A DNA stretch of 64,000 nt from Vermamoeba vermiformis. Taxonomy: Eukaryota. Each line of letters begins with the position of its first letter. The stretch's first letter is position 1. The translations under genes were made by a program, and so were the position numbers. Below, one piece after another: positions 13,426 to 23,832 of this stretch. Under the pieces are notes generated by a model. That model was given only the letters and a program-made list of their open reading frames with translations, did not search any database and was not told the origin of the DNA. The stretch spans positions 62,001 to 126,000 of the forward strand of contig JBEWZL010000200.1 in the NCBI GenBank assembly GCA_045837725.1, given 5' to 3'.

Positions 13426-16047
13426 CTACGTGTCCTCGTCATCAAGGGAATCGTTTTCTTCACCCTCTTTAATGGGTATGGGTGCCAAACTCGTCAGTTG
13501 TTTCATCGATGGCATAGACCAATCGTTCTTGAAGAAATCAAGCATCAACAAGAATCCTGGGCCCGTTTGGCTGTCTTTGCTGGCAGGAATAGCGACGAAG
13601 CTGATTGGTGGAACAAGTAATTTTGGTGTAGGAATGTCTTCGAGCTCTACCCTAGCGGTCTCAAAGTCATTGTACGCGGCTAAAAAGCAAGTTAAACTAC
13701 TTAGGTTTTTCAGAGATTAAGTCATATGAAAAATATTACTTACAAGCAAAGTTGCAGAAAAGTGGCTCGTTGCCAAAGCCAATCATAATTTTGTCGTTTT
13801 CAATTAGTATCTTCTCCTTATCGATTTGATATTCTTGATTGAACAATACTAACGTAGAGGATTTCACTTCGAACAGGCCTTCTTCCAAAAGTTCCTGCCA
13901 ATTAGTATCGTCTTTTTCATAGCCTGCCATATATCGTTTCTTAATAGCTTTGAAATCGATCGGGCCTAATATTGAATTCGCAGAAATGTTTTGTAATTTC
14001 CTAACTTTGTTCCATAAATTTGATAAAATGAAGGCTGAGGTCTGAGTGGCCGGATTATTCGGATCCGAAATAACCTTTGAAATGCATTGCAATCCAAACG
14101 CTGTGAAAATGTTCGAGTTCGATGGTGCACCTTTGTCACGTGATCGACCATTAAAATAATCCAAAACAGCAATGACCGCTATTTCCTTCAGATAATCGTG
14201 TGGTGTACTTCCATTCACTGAACCAGGTTCATGAACGTAAGGGAACCAATAGTCGCATCCATTCGTTGCAAACACAAAGTTGCCTCGCCATCGTTTTTGC
14301 AGGACTAAAGGCGGCGCGGAAGTGTCATCTGTCAAGCCCCAGTGCAAATTGTTGACACGTTCGTAGAGCTCGTGAGCGTAGCGTGAGAGTGCAGGTTGAA
14401 AAGTGCTTTGAAGTGTCATGTAGACTGCTGAGTTGAACAATTTGCCGACTTCCGGCGTATGGTTCAATTTCCAGTAATTAAAAATGAGCTCGGTGCGTAA
14501 AAACACTTTGTTTGTCTTCATGAACGGATTGCCTTCGTGCAAGTACTGCTGGTCGAAAATGACGCAGTCGAATTGTTTCACTTTAGTCAGCTCAAACGTG
14601 CTGTTTTTCTTGGTATTTTCGTCGCTATTATCCCACACCTTCATAACAGGACTGCCAGATCCGCTACTGAGATAAATAATCATCGTGAATTTTGACACTT
14701 GCCCTTTAGCAGGATCATAATAAGGAGTGTCCATATGGGCCTCGAATTTTGCATCGCCCGGCGCAAATCTGTTGCAGCGGAACACGTGATTCACCGCCGT
14801 AAACCTCTTGCAATCCAGGTCGGCTGAATCTTTTTCCATAGCTTTAAATGCCTCGGTCAACGCACTGCTTAACTTCTCTGAAGAGAAAATGAAGCGCTCG
14901 CCATCTCTCGTGCTCGAATTTGACGGTTTTTGATAAAGTCCCAACTGATCCAATTGTAGCAGCAGATTCAGACTTGGCCCACCAATAGTCGTTTTGTAAA
15001 TATGCATCCTCTCGGATAAATTTTCAAGAGGAGACATTGTAAATGCCATGCTTTGTTTGTCGCCGAGATGTAACGCTCGATCCAGCGGCAAAATGCACTC
15101 AAAGTTGTGATAGGACAAGTCGCGACCATCGACCCATACAGCATATAGTGGCGTGCTTGAGTCGTTATTTTTGTTGTCATCGCTTTGTTTTTCGCTCATT
15201 TCATCGTCTTCCTTTTTGGTCGCTTTCTTGTGTCGGTTTGACGGTAACTTTGGGATGCTTTTTGGAGCCAGCTGTGCGACGGATTGAAGCAGCGATTGAT
15301 CGATGTCAGAGAGCTCTTCGAGGTCTTTGATATACTTGAGAATTCGTCTGTTCTTCGAGGGGCAGAAAGAGAACGGCAGTGCTTGAAACTCAGCGGAGGG
15401 CACAAAGTCGTCATCCAAAATGTCCAGAATTTTGTTCAAAATTTGCTTCTCGCTTTGATCTAACCAGCCACGCGAGTCAGCCAACCATAAGTCGCGCACT
15501 CCAACGCAAAAATAGAGTGCTTCTTGTTCGTTCAGAGAAGGCAGTTTTGAGGGATCTCGAGAAACTTGTTGCATGAAGGCTAGAGACCTTTTCGAGGCTA
15601 ATGGGTGGGTACTTTTGTCGATTATAAGCGGCCATAGCTTTCCAGTGATAATAGCTCCGGAAACAAGATTTTGCATCAAAAGTTGATCTTCGATCTCTGC
15701 AGATTCGAGGGCGTTGTTGAGCTTTTCATCGCACGATATCAACACTTTATCTTTTTTGTTCACTTTGAGCGTTTGTACCTTGCAATACCTTGCGATTTGC
15801 GAACTGTATTAAATTAAAATTCAATTATTAGATCGAGGTCAGATCTGATCAAAAATTCAAATCTGCTTACGAATCATTCACACGTTCATGTTCGTTTTTT
15901 ATAGATTCCTCTTTTTCCGTTTTTCTGGAGCTGAAAATATTTTAAGATCTTGAATACCTGCGTTTACTTCTCAGGTGCGTACCTAATTTTTGCTTTCTTA
16001 TTCGGAGCAAGATCTTCTTTATTGTTCAATTTTCTTTTGCGTTGCAT
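13426..16047 (-). CDS. Large protein with a 2OG-Fe(II) dioxygenase-like domain
   Basis: FRCNRF..FEAHMD (HxD), IIYLS, LHEG (distal His) and RTELIF; one ~2-kb exon plus small flanking exons. Confidence 0.7.
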
Positions 16048-16542
16048 AATGGCTAAACTCAAAAGAATAATGCGGAAAAAAAATTCAATCAAAAAGTTTT
16101 AAATTGCCATTTGGTCGCAAGAGAGCTCTGGTCCGCCTTCCACTTTTCCGGGAATTTATTGACGTAAAATTGTGCCATGTGTGCTGGACCGTAGAAGCGC
16201 AGAAGAAATAATTTTTTTACAATTGATCTGGTAACAAACAGTTCTGTTGAAGATCATTTTCAATCGTTATTTTTTAACATAGTATAATGCCCCTTATTAT
16301 TATAGTTCTTTAAAGATCAGGAGTCCCATTTTCCATTTATTTGATTTTTGAATCCATTTTCATGATTTAAAAATATAATTAGATACCGTTTAAACGTAGA
16401 GTACGAGGTTTCAAATATGCAGATTGATAATAGGATAGGGTACAGTATTTGTTAACTTCACTACTCCAGATCGAGTTCGGGCCTAGCGTCTACGGAGGTA
16501 AGTTAGCAAATCTCGCTTCACGTTATTAATTTCTCCGATTTA

Positions 16543-16700
16543 CTAGACCCGTAGTTCGTGTTCCTGGCAAGCGTAGTTGCACATATCGTCAGGAGCTTTG
16601 CCGCAATAGCAGTCGTAAAAGTTTTGCAATCCGGCGAAGACATAGCCAGCACTAGCACATAGGTACTTACAATAGTTAGGCGCATTATCTTCAACCAGCA
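16543..16700 (-). pseudogene. WSC-domain gene remnant
   Basis: Reads NAPNYCKYLCASAGYVFAGLQNFYDCYCGKAPDDMCNYAC; no signal peptide or first domain; internal deletion relative to intact paralogues. Confidence 0.65.
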
Positions 16701-16799
16701 GGAAATTGATTGTATGTAAACAAGGCCAAGAAAACGAAAACTTTCATTTCGAGTACGAGGCCTTAATTCGTGATAATAATTTATTTATTTCGTAGAACC

Positions 16800-17465
16800 T
16801 CAAACTCTGTAGATGGCATTTTTGTAGGCTTTACCACACATCTGCCAGAACAAGCTGCCGCAATACACGCATTCTGCTGAAGGTAGCGACAATTTTCCAT
16901 ACTTTCCGTACGAGTTTCCACACCAACATTGGTTCCAGTACTGCATGCCAGCAAATCTATAGCCAGCGCTATTGCAGAATGCCATACACGCGGTTGGATC
17001 GGACGTGTCAGGACCGCGGTAAGCCAGTTCACGGTCTTCAGTTTCATTGAAACAACCAAGGAACGCAGCTGGTGTTCGAGTGACGGAATTAATCGCTAAT
17101 CCGCCGCACTTTTCTGTCGCACTCTAAATATAACATCGTTAAATTTTAAATCTTAAACGAACTTTTAATTAACCTACGTTTGGATTGCCAGCGCATACTT
17201 TGTTGCACGACGACGAGTCCAAACTAGCAACCGTGCAATATTGATTACCGCACCAGCATTCATTGCCGTTTTGGGTGCCTGAATAAGCATAGCCTGCTTC
17301 ATAGCACCAACTTGAGCATGCAGAATTCGTGGTAGTGTTGCCCACGTAGAGTTTGAATGGCAGATCTGTTGCGCTGTGATCGAGACAACAGCCCACATAT
17401 TGAGCCATCGTAGCAATCGAGAAGCAACAGGCAATAAACGCGAGCAATACAACTTTTGGTGCCAT
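16800..17465 (-). CDS. Secreted double-WSC-domain protein (gene A)
   Basis: Signal peptide, two WSC domains (GC..D...C...C...GY.YAG.Q....CWCGN), one intron. Confidence 0.9.
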
Positions 17466-17542
17466 GCGTGGTCTTCAGTATTGACTTCGTAAGTGAATAG
17501 AATGCGCATACGAATCACTTTTTAATCCTGTTGTTCCATCGT

Positions 17543-17559
17543 GTCGCAGATATCGCCGC
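17543..17559 (-). promoter_or_regulatory. 17-bp WSC-gene upstream motif (GCGGCGATATCTGCGAC); one of 8 copies
   Basis: Related copies at 17709-17725(+), 24556-24572(-), 24685-24701(+), 26763-26779(-), 27092-27108(+), 29357-29373(-), 29631-29647(+), each oriented with the downstream WSC gene. Confidence 0.7.
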
Positions 17560-17791
17560 AATTGATAACGATTCTGAAACGAGCGGTACTATAATGCACA
17601 AGATAAAATCCGGATGGCAAAAATTGAAATGTTATTTAAGAAATGAATTGATTTATATGTCAACGGAATTGACATGTAAAATCTAGTAGGCAAAGTTTAA
17701 TAATAATAGCGGCTATAATTGCGATCAAAATTAAGTTAATAGACCACTCTTTTCATTTGCTTACTAAAATCGAAACAGAGGAGCATAAATA

Positions 17792-18885
17792 ATGACAAAA
17801 CTAATTTTTTTTGCGTTGATCGCTACTTGCTTATCAATGTCCGTAGTGGCCATAGTGATTGGTTCGGATCCGAATCCATCAACTCCGCCGCCGCCCTCGA
17901 CTTCTCCAACTGCAGAAGCTCCAATTGCAAATTCAGTGCCTATATCTTCAGCGCCAGTATCAGATCCGGTTTCGGTTCCAGTCGCCTCTCCGATCGACTC
18001 GCCAATTGCAACTACCCTGTCAGATCCGGTAGCAGCACCACCTGTCGATCCTATTGATGCACCAATCGCAACACCTGTTGATACTCCAATAGCTGCTCCA
18101 ATTAACTCTCCTGTCACTGCACCTATCGCGGTCCCAATCACAGTTCCTGTTGCCAATCCAATTGCTGTACCCGTGACAGTGCCGGTCTCAGCTCCAGTTC
18201 CAACACCTGTAGCCATCCCAGTTGCAGCGCCAGTTGCAGCACCAGTTGCAGCACCCAATCCAGTGGCTTCAGCGTTCATTGGCTGCTTCGAAGATTCTGC
18301 GTCAAGAGATTTGCCATACAAAGCTTATGCTGACTCTTCGAACACAAATGTCCGTTGCATTAACGCTTGCACGACTGCTGGCTACGCTTATGCAGGTTCA
18401 CAAAACGGAAATGAATGTTGGTGTGGAAATACGTATGGCAGCAAGGGCGTTTTTAATGAACAAATGTGCAATGTCGCCTGCACTGGCGATACTACTGTAA
18501 GTACTGTAACCGTTCGCAGATCCAAACTTAGATTATTAATACAATTTTCTAGCAATACTGCGGTGGACCCTACAGAAACTCAGTGTATAGAACGCCTTCA
18601 CGCTACATTGGCTGCTTCCAAGATTCGTCCAATCGTGACTTAAAATTCAACGGGTACTGGGGGAATGCCTACAGTCTGCCTTACAATTGTCAGGAGATCT
18701 GCAGAATGGCTGGCTATGCGTATGCTGGCTTGCAAACAGGCAGTGAATGCTGGTGCGGCAATAGTTATGGCTCACAAGGTCGTTTGAGCGAAGGTGCTTG
18801 CAATGTCTTGTGCACGGCGTCTAATCCACCTTATTCCACCGTCGTATGCGGCGAAAGCTGGATCAACTCAGTTTACAGAGTGTAA
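17792..18885 (+). CDS. Secreted Pro/Val/Ala-rich stalk + double-WSC protein (gene B)
   Basis: Signal peptide, xPV/xPI tetrapeptide repeats, two WSC domains, intron ~18497-18552. Confidence 0.9.
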
Positions 18886-19055
18886 AATCTTGCGTTGTAC
18901 CAGGTCCCGTTGAAAAATAAAGTTGTTCATGGCTCGGTAATTCGAAATGAAATTTTGATCTGAAAACAATTCAACAATTAAGGAGTGATACAGCATGAAG
19001 CAGAGATAATTTTAGGGCTCTTGTAAGTATATAGCAAGTATTATTGTAGATATTT

Positions 19056-19255
19056 GTGCAGCTACAGTGACGCAGCACTTAGCGTATGAATAGGCCAAGC
19101 GGATCGGTTTTTTGGCAGCCCTGGTGGAGAAGTCACGTGCGATTCACACCAAAATTGGAAGTTCGAGGAAATAGAAGTGTCGAACGCCAACGCCAAGACT
19201 ACCACAAGGCTCGTATATTTGACAGAGCCTAATATTCATTTGTTAATTTTTTCTT
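19056..19255 (+). repeat. Split direct repeat A1 (200 bp)
   Basis: Reads identical to 23406-23605 by eye. Confidence 0.95.
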
Positions 19256-19277
19256 AATTCGGAAATAAATTTCAACG

Positions 19278-20643
19278 ATGACTGCGAGACAATCGTTTAT
19301 CCAGAACCTAGTGGAGACACTCAAGACCCCACTACTCTCAAACTGGCCTGAAGCGCGACTCTGGAAGCAAGCTCTGGGATCCGTGAAATGGTCGATCATA
19401 GATCAGGCTGGGTCAGATGTGGACCAGCTTCGCTTCTTATGCTCCCTGGCGTTGGCGTACTGCTTAGGAGGGGAGTTTGATCAATTGGAGCGCAGCCCAG
19501 CAGTGTCGAAGGAGGAAATCTCTCGGATCTACTCCAAGGCGGCAGATTTAGTGGAGGATCCGGAGCTGTTGCCGTTGTTGGCCCCAGTGACTAAACGGGT
19601 GGAGAATTGGTCGTCCCAAGGACCTCCTCAGCCAGTGGATCGCCCATCGGAGTCTCCTGAGAAGATCAACTCGGATGGCGACCAAGATTCAGAAGACTCA
19701 GACAGTGCTGAAGCGGAGATTGCCCGAGCTGTCCGAGAGTACATGAAGAAGAAGCGCAATAAACGGCAGAAGATCGGAGAGTCTCAACCGAAGACCCCTG
19801 CTACAGCCCCAGCAGTGCAGATCACGGATGTCCCCCCTCCTAGCGCTTTGGCGAAAGACCCTAAGGTGGCGGCAGGTGCTGACGCACTCATCGCCCAATT
19901 GGAGCTCAAGTTGTCGTCGATGAAATCGCAGTTGGACTCGCTAGCTGGGAGCCTCGTTCCCCAGAGCCCCATCAACAACTTGCTTTTGCCTCAGCCCTGG
20001 GGCCAATCTTTGATCCACGGAACGTCGAAAGCCACCCCTGTTGGTCAACTGGCGGATGTCCAAGCGACAGTCGAGCTGAGGAAGCCAGGCCAGGTCTATC
20101 AAGGAGGCATTGGAGAAGAGGTTGCAACCCTCGCAGGCTAAGGTCCCACAGAACGCGGAGGATTATATCCGAGCGTCGTGGGAAGTCAAGGACCTCCTCG
20201 AGAAGGAGGAAGGTTTCGTCGAGCGAGATTACAATGCCTTTGTCCGCTGGATCGTGGAGCTTGGTGATGGCTACGAATGGCTCTCAGTTATGGCACTGGA
20301 CGAGCGCCTCAGATCGCTCCAAGCAGTGGGCAAGCTTCGCTGGAAAGACAGGCCCTTGGAGAGCCTCTTCACTACTCTTCGAGCTCGTCCAATTCATCAA
20401 CGTGCCGAGGCCAAGCAGGACAACAAGCCCAAGGCCTTTTCAGGCACCAAGAAGAAGAAGGGTGTCTGCTTTGCTTTCAACGGTCACAAGGGTTGTTCGA
20501 AGAGCGCTGATGCATGCGAGTACTCTCATTCGTGCTCTGACTGTAAGTCCTCCAATCACAATGTCCTTCATTGCTCCAGTGGCCCAAAAGGCCATCCCGG
20601 CAAGACGAGTTCATCGGGCGCGTCTGCGGAGCGCCGGGAGTAG
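19278..20643 (+). CDS. Gag-like protein of the YR retrotransposon, split over two frames (19278-20141 and ~20080-20643)
   Basis: Second part has YEWLSVMALDERLR and a C-terminal Cys/His finger CFAFNGHKGC..ACEYSHSCSDCKSSNHNVLHC, as expected for Ngaro/DIRS gag. Confidence 0.8.
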
Positions 20644-22205
20644 AGATCGTAGCCCGCTCTAGTGCAGTGACTCTCCGCTTCAATCAGTGGAAGAGATTCT
20701 TGGTGGGGGACTCTGACGCGGACTTCCTGACCGACATTTTCAAGCCTGGTGGTGGCCTTCGAGTTGTCAAGGAGGGTGTGGCTGTGCCAGCGTCTTTCTT
20801 GCCGAACTACGCTAGTGTCTTGGAGTGCGAAGACTTCATCCACCAAGACATTATGACGGAACTAGAGAAGGGTTTCATTGCAGTACTGCCAGTCCAACCA
20901 TACAAAGTCAATGCTCTTGGTGCAGTCAAGAAGAGCGAAGGCAAGTTCCGTCGCATTACTGATCTCAGTCGCCCAAAGGGCACGGCGTTGAATGAATACA
21001 TTGATTTGGTCAATTTTCAGTTTAGCACGGTCGATGATGCATGCGACTTCATAATGGAAAACCCTTGGGTTTTTGGCTGCAAGTTCGACATTGAAACAGC
21101 TTATCGTCATGTCCCAATCTGGCCGGGTGACTGGCATTACTTTGGCTTCGAGTGGCGTGGCACCTTCTACATCGATCTGCGCCTCTGCTTTGGTCTAGCT
21201 TCAGCTCCTTACGTTTTCTGGAGAATTTCTAATTTCATTGTCCGAGTAGGCAACAAGTTCTTTAACGTGGCCTTCATTTTGCCCTACATTGACGACTTCC
21301 TCGTGCTTTCTGTTGGCACTGACTCTGATGCTGCACGCACTCAAGCTTGGAAAGACTTCGTCAATTTCCGCGAGTGTCTAACCGAATTGGGTTGGCCAAT
21401 TTCGGAGAAGAAGATGGTTGAGCCCTGTCAAGATCTGGTCTTCCTTGGCATCGGCATCAATATGCATGATCGCATCATTTCTTTACCAGAAGACAAGCTA
21501 GCTGACCTTCTCGACATTCTACGGAGCTTCAAGGATCGAGTTTCGTGCACTAAGCGCGATCTGGAGCGCTTGATTGGTAAGCTCAACTTCGGCGCTAAAG
21601 TGATCAGGGGCGGACGCACTTTCCTCCGCCGCATGATCATCCTGGCCAACTCAGTCCCAGAGCGACATCACGTGGTGTCTCTAGACGATGAATTCCGTGC
21701 AGATTTGGATTGGTGGCTTCGATTTGCGAGCGCCTGGAATGGCAAAGCCGTTATGCTGGACCCAATGCCCATTGACATGCGTCGGTTTGAGGTGGACGCC
21801 TCAAATAGTGCTGCGTGTGCTATCTTCGACAAGCACTTCATCGTGCGGATCCACGACCCTTCGACATCTGCGTGGCACATCAATGATAAGGAGTGCCTTT
21901 CAGTCTACTTGGCTGCGCTTCGCTGGGCCCCAGAATGGGCCAACAAGCGGGTGATTGTCTCATCGGACAATACCACGACCGTTTCGGCCATCAACAAGGG
22001 GTCTTCAGCATCCCCAATCATCATGCGAATGCTACGGTCTCTGTTTTGGCTATCAGCGACACACAACTTTCACTTGACTGCGGTCCACATACCGGGGGTT
22101 CTTAACGACCTGGCAGATGCGGGTTCGCGATTGAACTTCGACAAACTGATTGACAAAGGGCTCTCCATGCAGTTGTGCCCCGAGTTTGATCCAGAATGTC
22201 TTTGA
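20571..22205 (+). CDS. Reverse transcriptase - RNase H
   Basis: KFRRITDLS, KFDIETAYRHVP, LCFGLASAP, YIDDF; RNase H VDAS..HINDKE..SDNTT..HIPGVLNDLADAGSR. Confidence 0.95.
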   Translation: MLQWPKRPSRQDEFIGRVCGAPGVEIVARSSAVTLRFNQWKRFLVGDSDADFLTDIFKPGGGLRVVKEGVAVPASFLPNYASVLECEDFIHQDIMTELEKGFIAVLPVQPYKVNALGAVKKSEGKFRRITDLSRPKGTALNEYIDLVNFQFSTVDDACDFIMENPWVFGCKFDIETAYRHVPIWPGDWHYFGFEWRGTFYIDLRLCFGLASAPYVFWRISNFIVRVGNKFFNVAFILPYIDDFLVLSVGTDSDAARTQAWKDFVNFRECLTELGWPISEKKMVEPCQDLVFLGIGINMHDRIISLPEDKLADLLDILRSFKDRVSCTKRDLERLIGKLNFGAKVIRGGRTFLRRMIILANSVPERHHVVSLDDEFRADLDWWLRFASAWNGKAVMLDPMPIDMRRFEVDASNSAACAIFDKHFIVRIHDPSTSAWHINDKECLSVYLAALRWAPEWANKRVIVSSDNTTTVSAINKGSSASPIIMRMLRSLFWLSATHNFHLTAVHIPGVLNDLADAGSRLNFDKLIDKGLSMQLCPEFDPECL

Positions 22206-23272
22206 CAGCGGAAGATTACATTGGCCTCGGCTATGTGGACTCCACGGTCAAGGCCAGGCAGGCAGTGGTTTTGGCCTTTGCCAGGTTCTGCTACGCTTCA
22301 AATCGAACATTCTTCCCGACAAACGAGTTTGTCCTGGCCGACTACGCGGCATATCTTGCAAATAATGGTGTCAAGGCAAGTTCGATCAAGACATACTTGA
22401 CAGCCATTTTCGCCTTTCAACAGTTGCATGGTGGCCCACACCCAGCACGTGACAGCCTTCGCCTCAAGGTGGTCCTCAAGGGCATTAAACGCGCACAGTC
22501 CTACACACCGTCGAGCAAGCACCCCCTCACTCCTGTGGAGTTGCTCAAAATCAAGGCATGCTTAGACTGGTCATCGTCTCTCCATCGCACCTTCTGGGCT
22601 TGCCTCGTGGTTGGTTTCTGGTCATTTCTTCGGGGTGGAAACCTAGTGCAGAAATCCGCGAAGAAATTCGACCCAGCGAAGCATCTCAGCGCGTTGAACT
22701 TGTCGAGGAACGAGCGTGGATTTTTGATTTCGCTCAATCGAACGAAGACAGTCCAATTCAACGAGAGAAGGCTGATCATCCCGCTACTCTCAGTACCGGG
22801 AAATGCACTGTGTCCCGAAGTGGCCCTGGAGGCGATGTGGGCCTTGTGTCCCATGCCTGAATCAGGGTCGCTTTTTTGTTTTAAGGGTGATGACGGTAGA
22901 GTTATGCCGCTGGTGCACTCAAAGCTTAACGATAGTAAGTATTGTGGCAGTAGTTGCATATTGTGCTTACTTACCTGTTTTTCTCCAGTGATCAAGAAGA
23001 CCTGCCTTCAGTGCGGGTTGGATCCGAAGGATTTCTCCGCACATTCGCTGCGTAAAGGTGGCACGACGGGAGCCTTCATCGCGGGAGCGGACAGGGTGAT
23101 GGTCAAAGCTCAAGGAGACTGGGTGTCAGACGCCTACATGCGTTATGTCACTTTTTCTCTGGATCAGCGCTTGTCAGTCCCACAGGCGATCATCGAGGCG
23201 ATGAGAACTCCTCAATTTTTTGAGCGCTGCTCTTCCTTGTCACTAGCGACAGCGGCGGCGATCTATCAATGA
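22196..23272 (+). CDS. Tyrosine recombinase with a predicted 54-nt intron (22935-22988)
   Basis: Catalytic R (FLRGGN), K (RTKT), HSLRKGG, GDW.SDAYMRY; ATG overlaps the end of the RT-RH ORF. Confidence 0.93.
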   Translation: MSLTAEDYIGLGYVDSTVKARQAVVLAFARFCYASNRTFFPTNEFVLADYAAYLANNGVKASSIKTYLTAIFAFQQLHGGPHPARDSLRLKVVLKGIKRAQSYTPSSKHPLTPVELLKIKACLDWSSSLHRTFWACLVVGFWSFLRGGNLVQKSAKKFDPAKHLSALNLSRNERGFLISLNRTKTVQFNERRLIIPLLSVPGNALCPEVALEAMWALCPMPESGSLFCFKGDDGRVMPLVHSKLNDSKYCGSSCILCLLTCFSPVIKKTCLQCGLDPKDFSAHSLRKGGTTGAFIAGADRVMVKAQGDWVSDAYMRYVTFSLDQRLSVPQAIIEAMRTPQFFERCSSLSLATAAAIYQ

Positions 23273-23300
23273 TCTGGTTTGGGGGCTCGTTCGCTGTGTT

Positions 23301-23740
23301 TGGGGGCTTTGGTGCTCTCGTTAGCCCCAACCCGTGGCGGGGGGTGACGGGGAGCCACCACCCCTAATAAAGCTGAATTTACCCCCACGAGCAGCGCAGG
23401 CATTCGTGCAGCTACAGTGACGCAGCACTTAGCGTATGAATAGGCCAAGCGGATCGGTTTTTTGGCAGCCCTGGTGGAGAAGTCACGTGCGATTCACACC
23501 AAAATTGGAAGTTCGAGGAAATAGAAGTGTCGAACGCCAACGCCAAGACTACCACAAGGCTCGTATATTTGACAGAGCCTAATATTCATTTGTTAATTTT
23601 TTCTTTTTAATTTTTATTTTTATCACGTTGTACAATGGGGGCTTTGGTGCTCTCGTTAGCCCCAACCCGTGGCGGGGGGTGACGGGGAGCCACCACCCCT
23701 AATAAAGCTGAATTTACCCCCACGAGCAGCGCAGGCATTC
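23301..23740 (+). repeat. Right-end repeat block B1-A2-spacer-B2
   Basis: B1 23301-23405 and B2 23636-23740 (105 bp) read identical; A2 23406-23605; each B contains AATAAA. Confidence 0.95.
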
Positions 23741-23832
23741 AGAGCGGCAAAGACGCGTTCTCTATTTTTAAAAATTATTTATTTATCGAGCGAAACTATT
23801 ATTGATCAATAACACTAATAATCCTACGTACA

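Larger units (their letters stand above)
19056..23740 (+). mobile_element. Ngaro-type tyrosine-recombinase (DIRS order) retrotransposon, 4685 bp, full length
   Basis: Split direct repeats A1(19056-19255)...B1(23301-23405) A2(23406-23605) 30-bp spacer B2(23636-23740); gag, RT-RNaseH and YR ORFs; GC-richer than host; no target-site duplication; no methyltransferase domain seen. Confidence 0.95.

Noticed and set aside
17764-18321. 185-aa Gly/Ala/Thr-rich minus-strand ORF (and similar at 27366-27686)
   Set aside because: Antisense shadow of the Pro-rich repeats of genes B and F
20543-20579. GTAAGT...CTCCAG inside gag as a possible gag-pol joining intron
   Set aside because: Only 37 nt, would delete zinc-finger ligands, and splicing lands in the third frame rather than the RT frame
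20234-22995. Extra overlapping ORFs within the retroelement (e.g. 20234-20662, 22501-22995)
   Set aside because: No recognisable motifs; expected by chance in GC-rich coding DNA
19056-23740. LTR retrotransposon, DIRS1-type (inverted repeats) or Crypton interpretation
   Set aside because: No DDE integrase or TSD; repeats are split direct rather than inverted; RT is present
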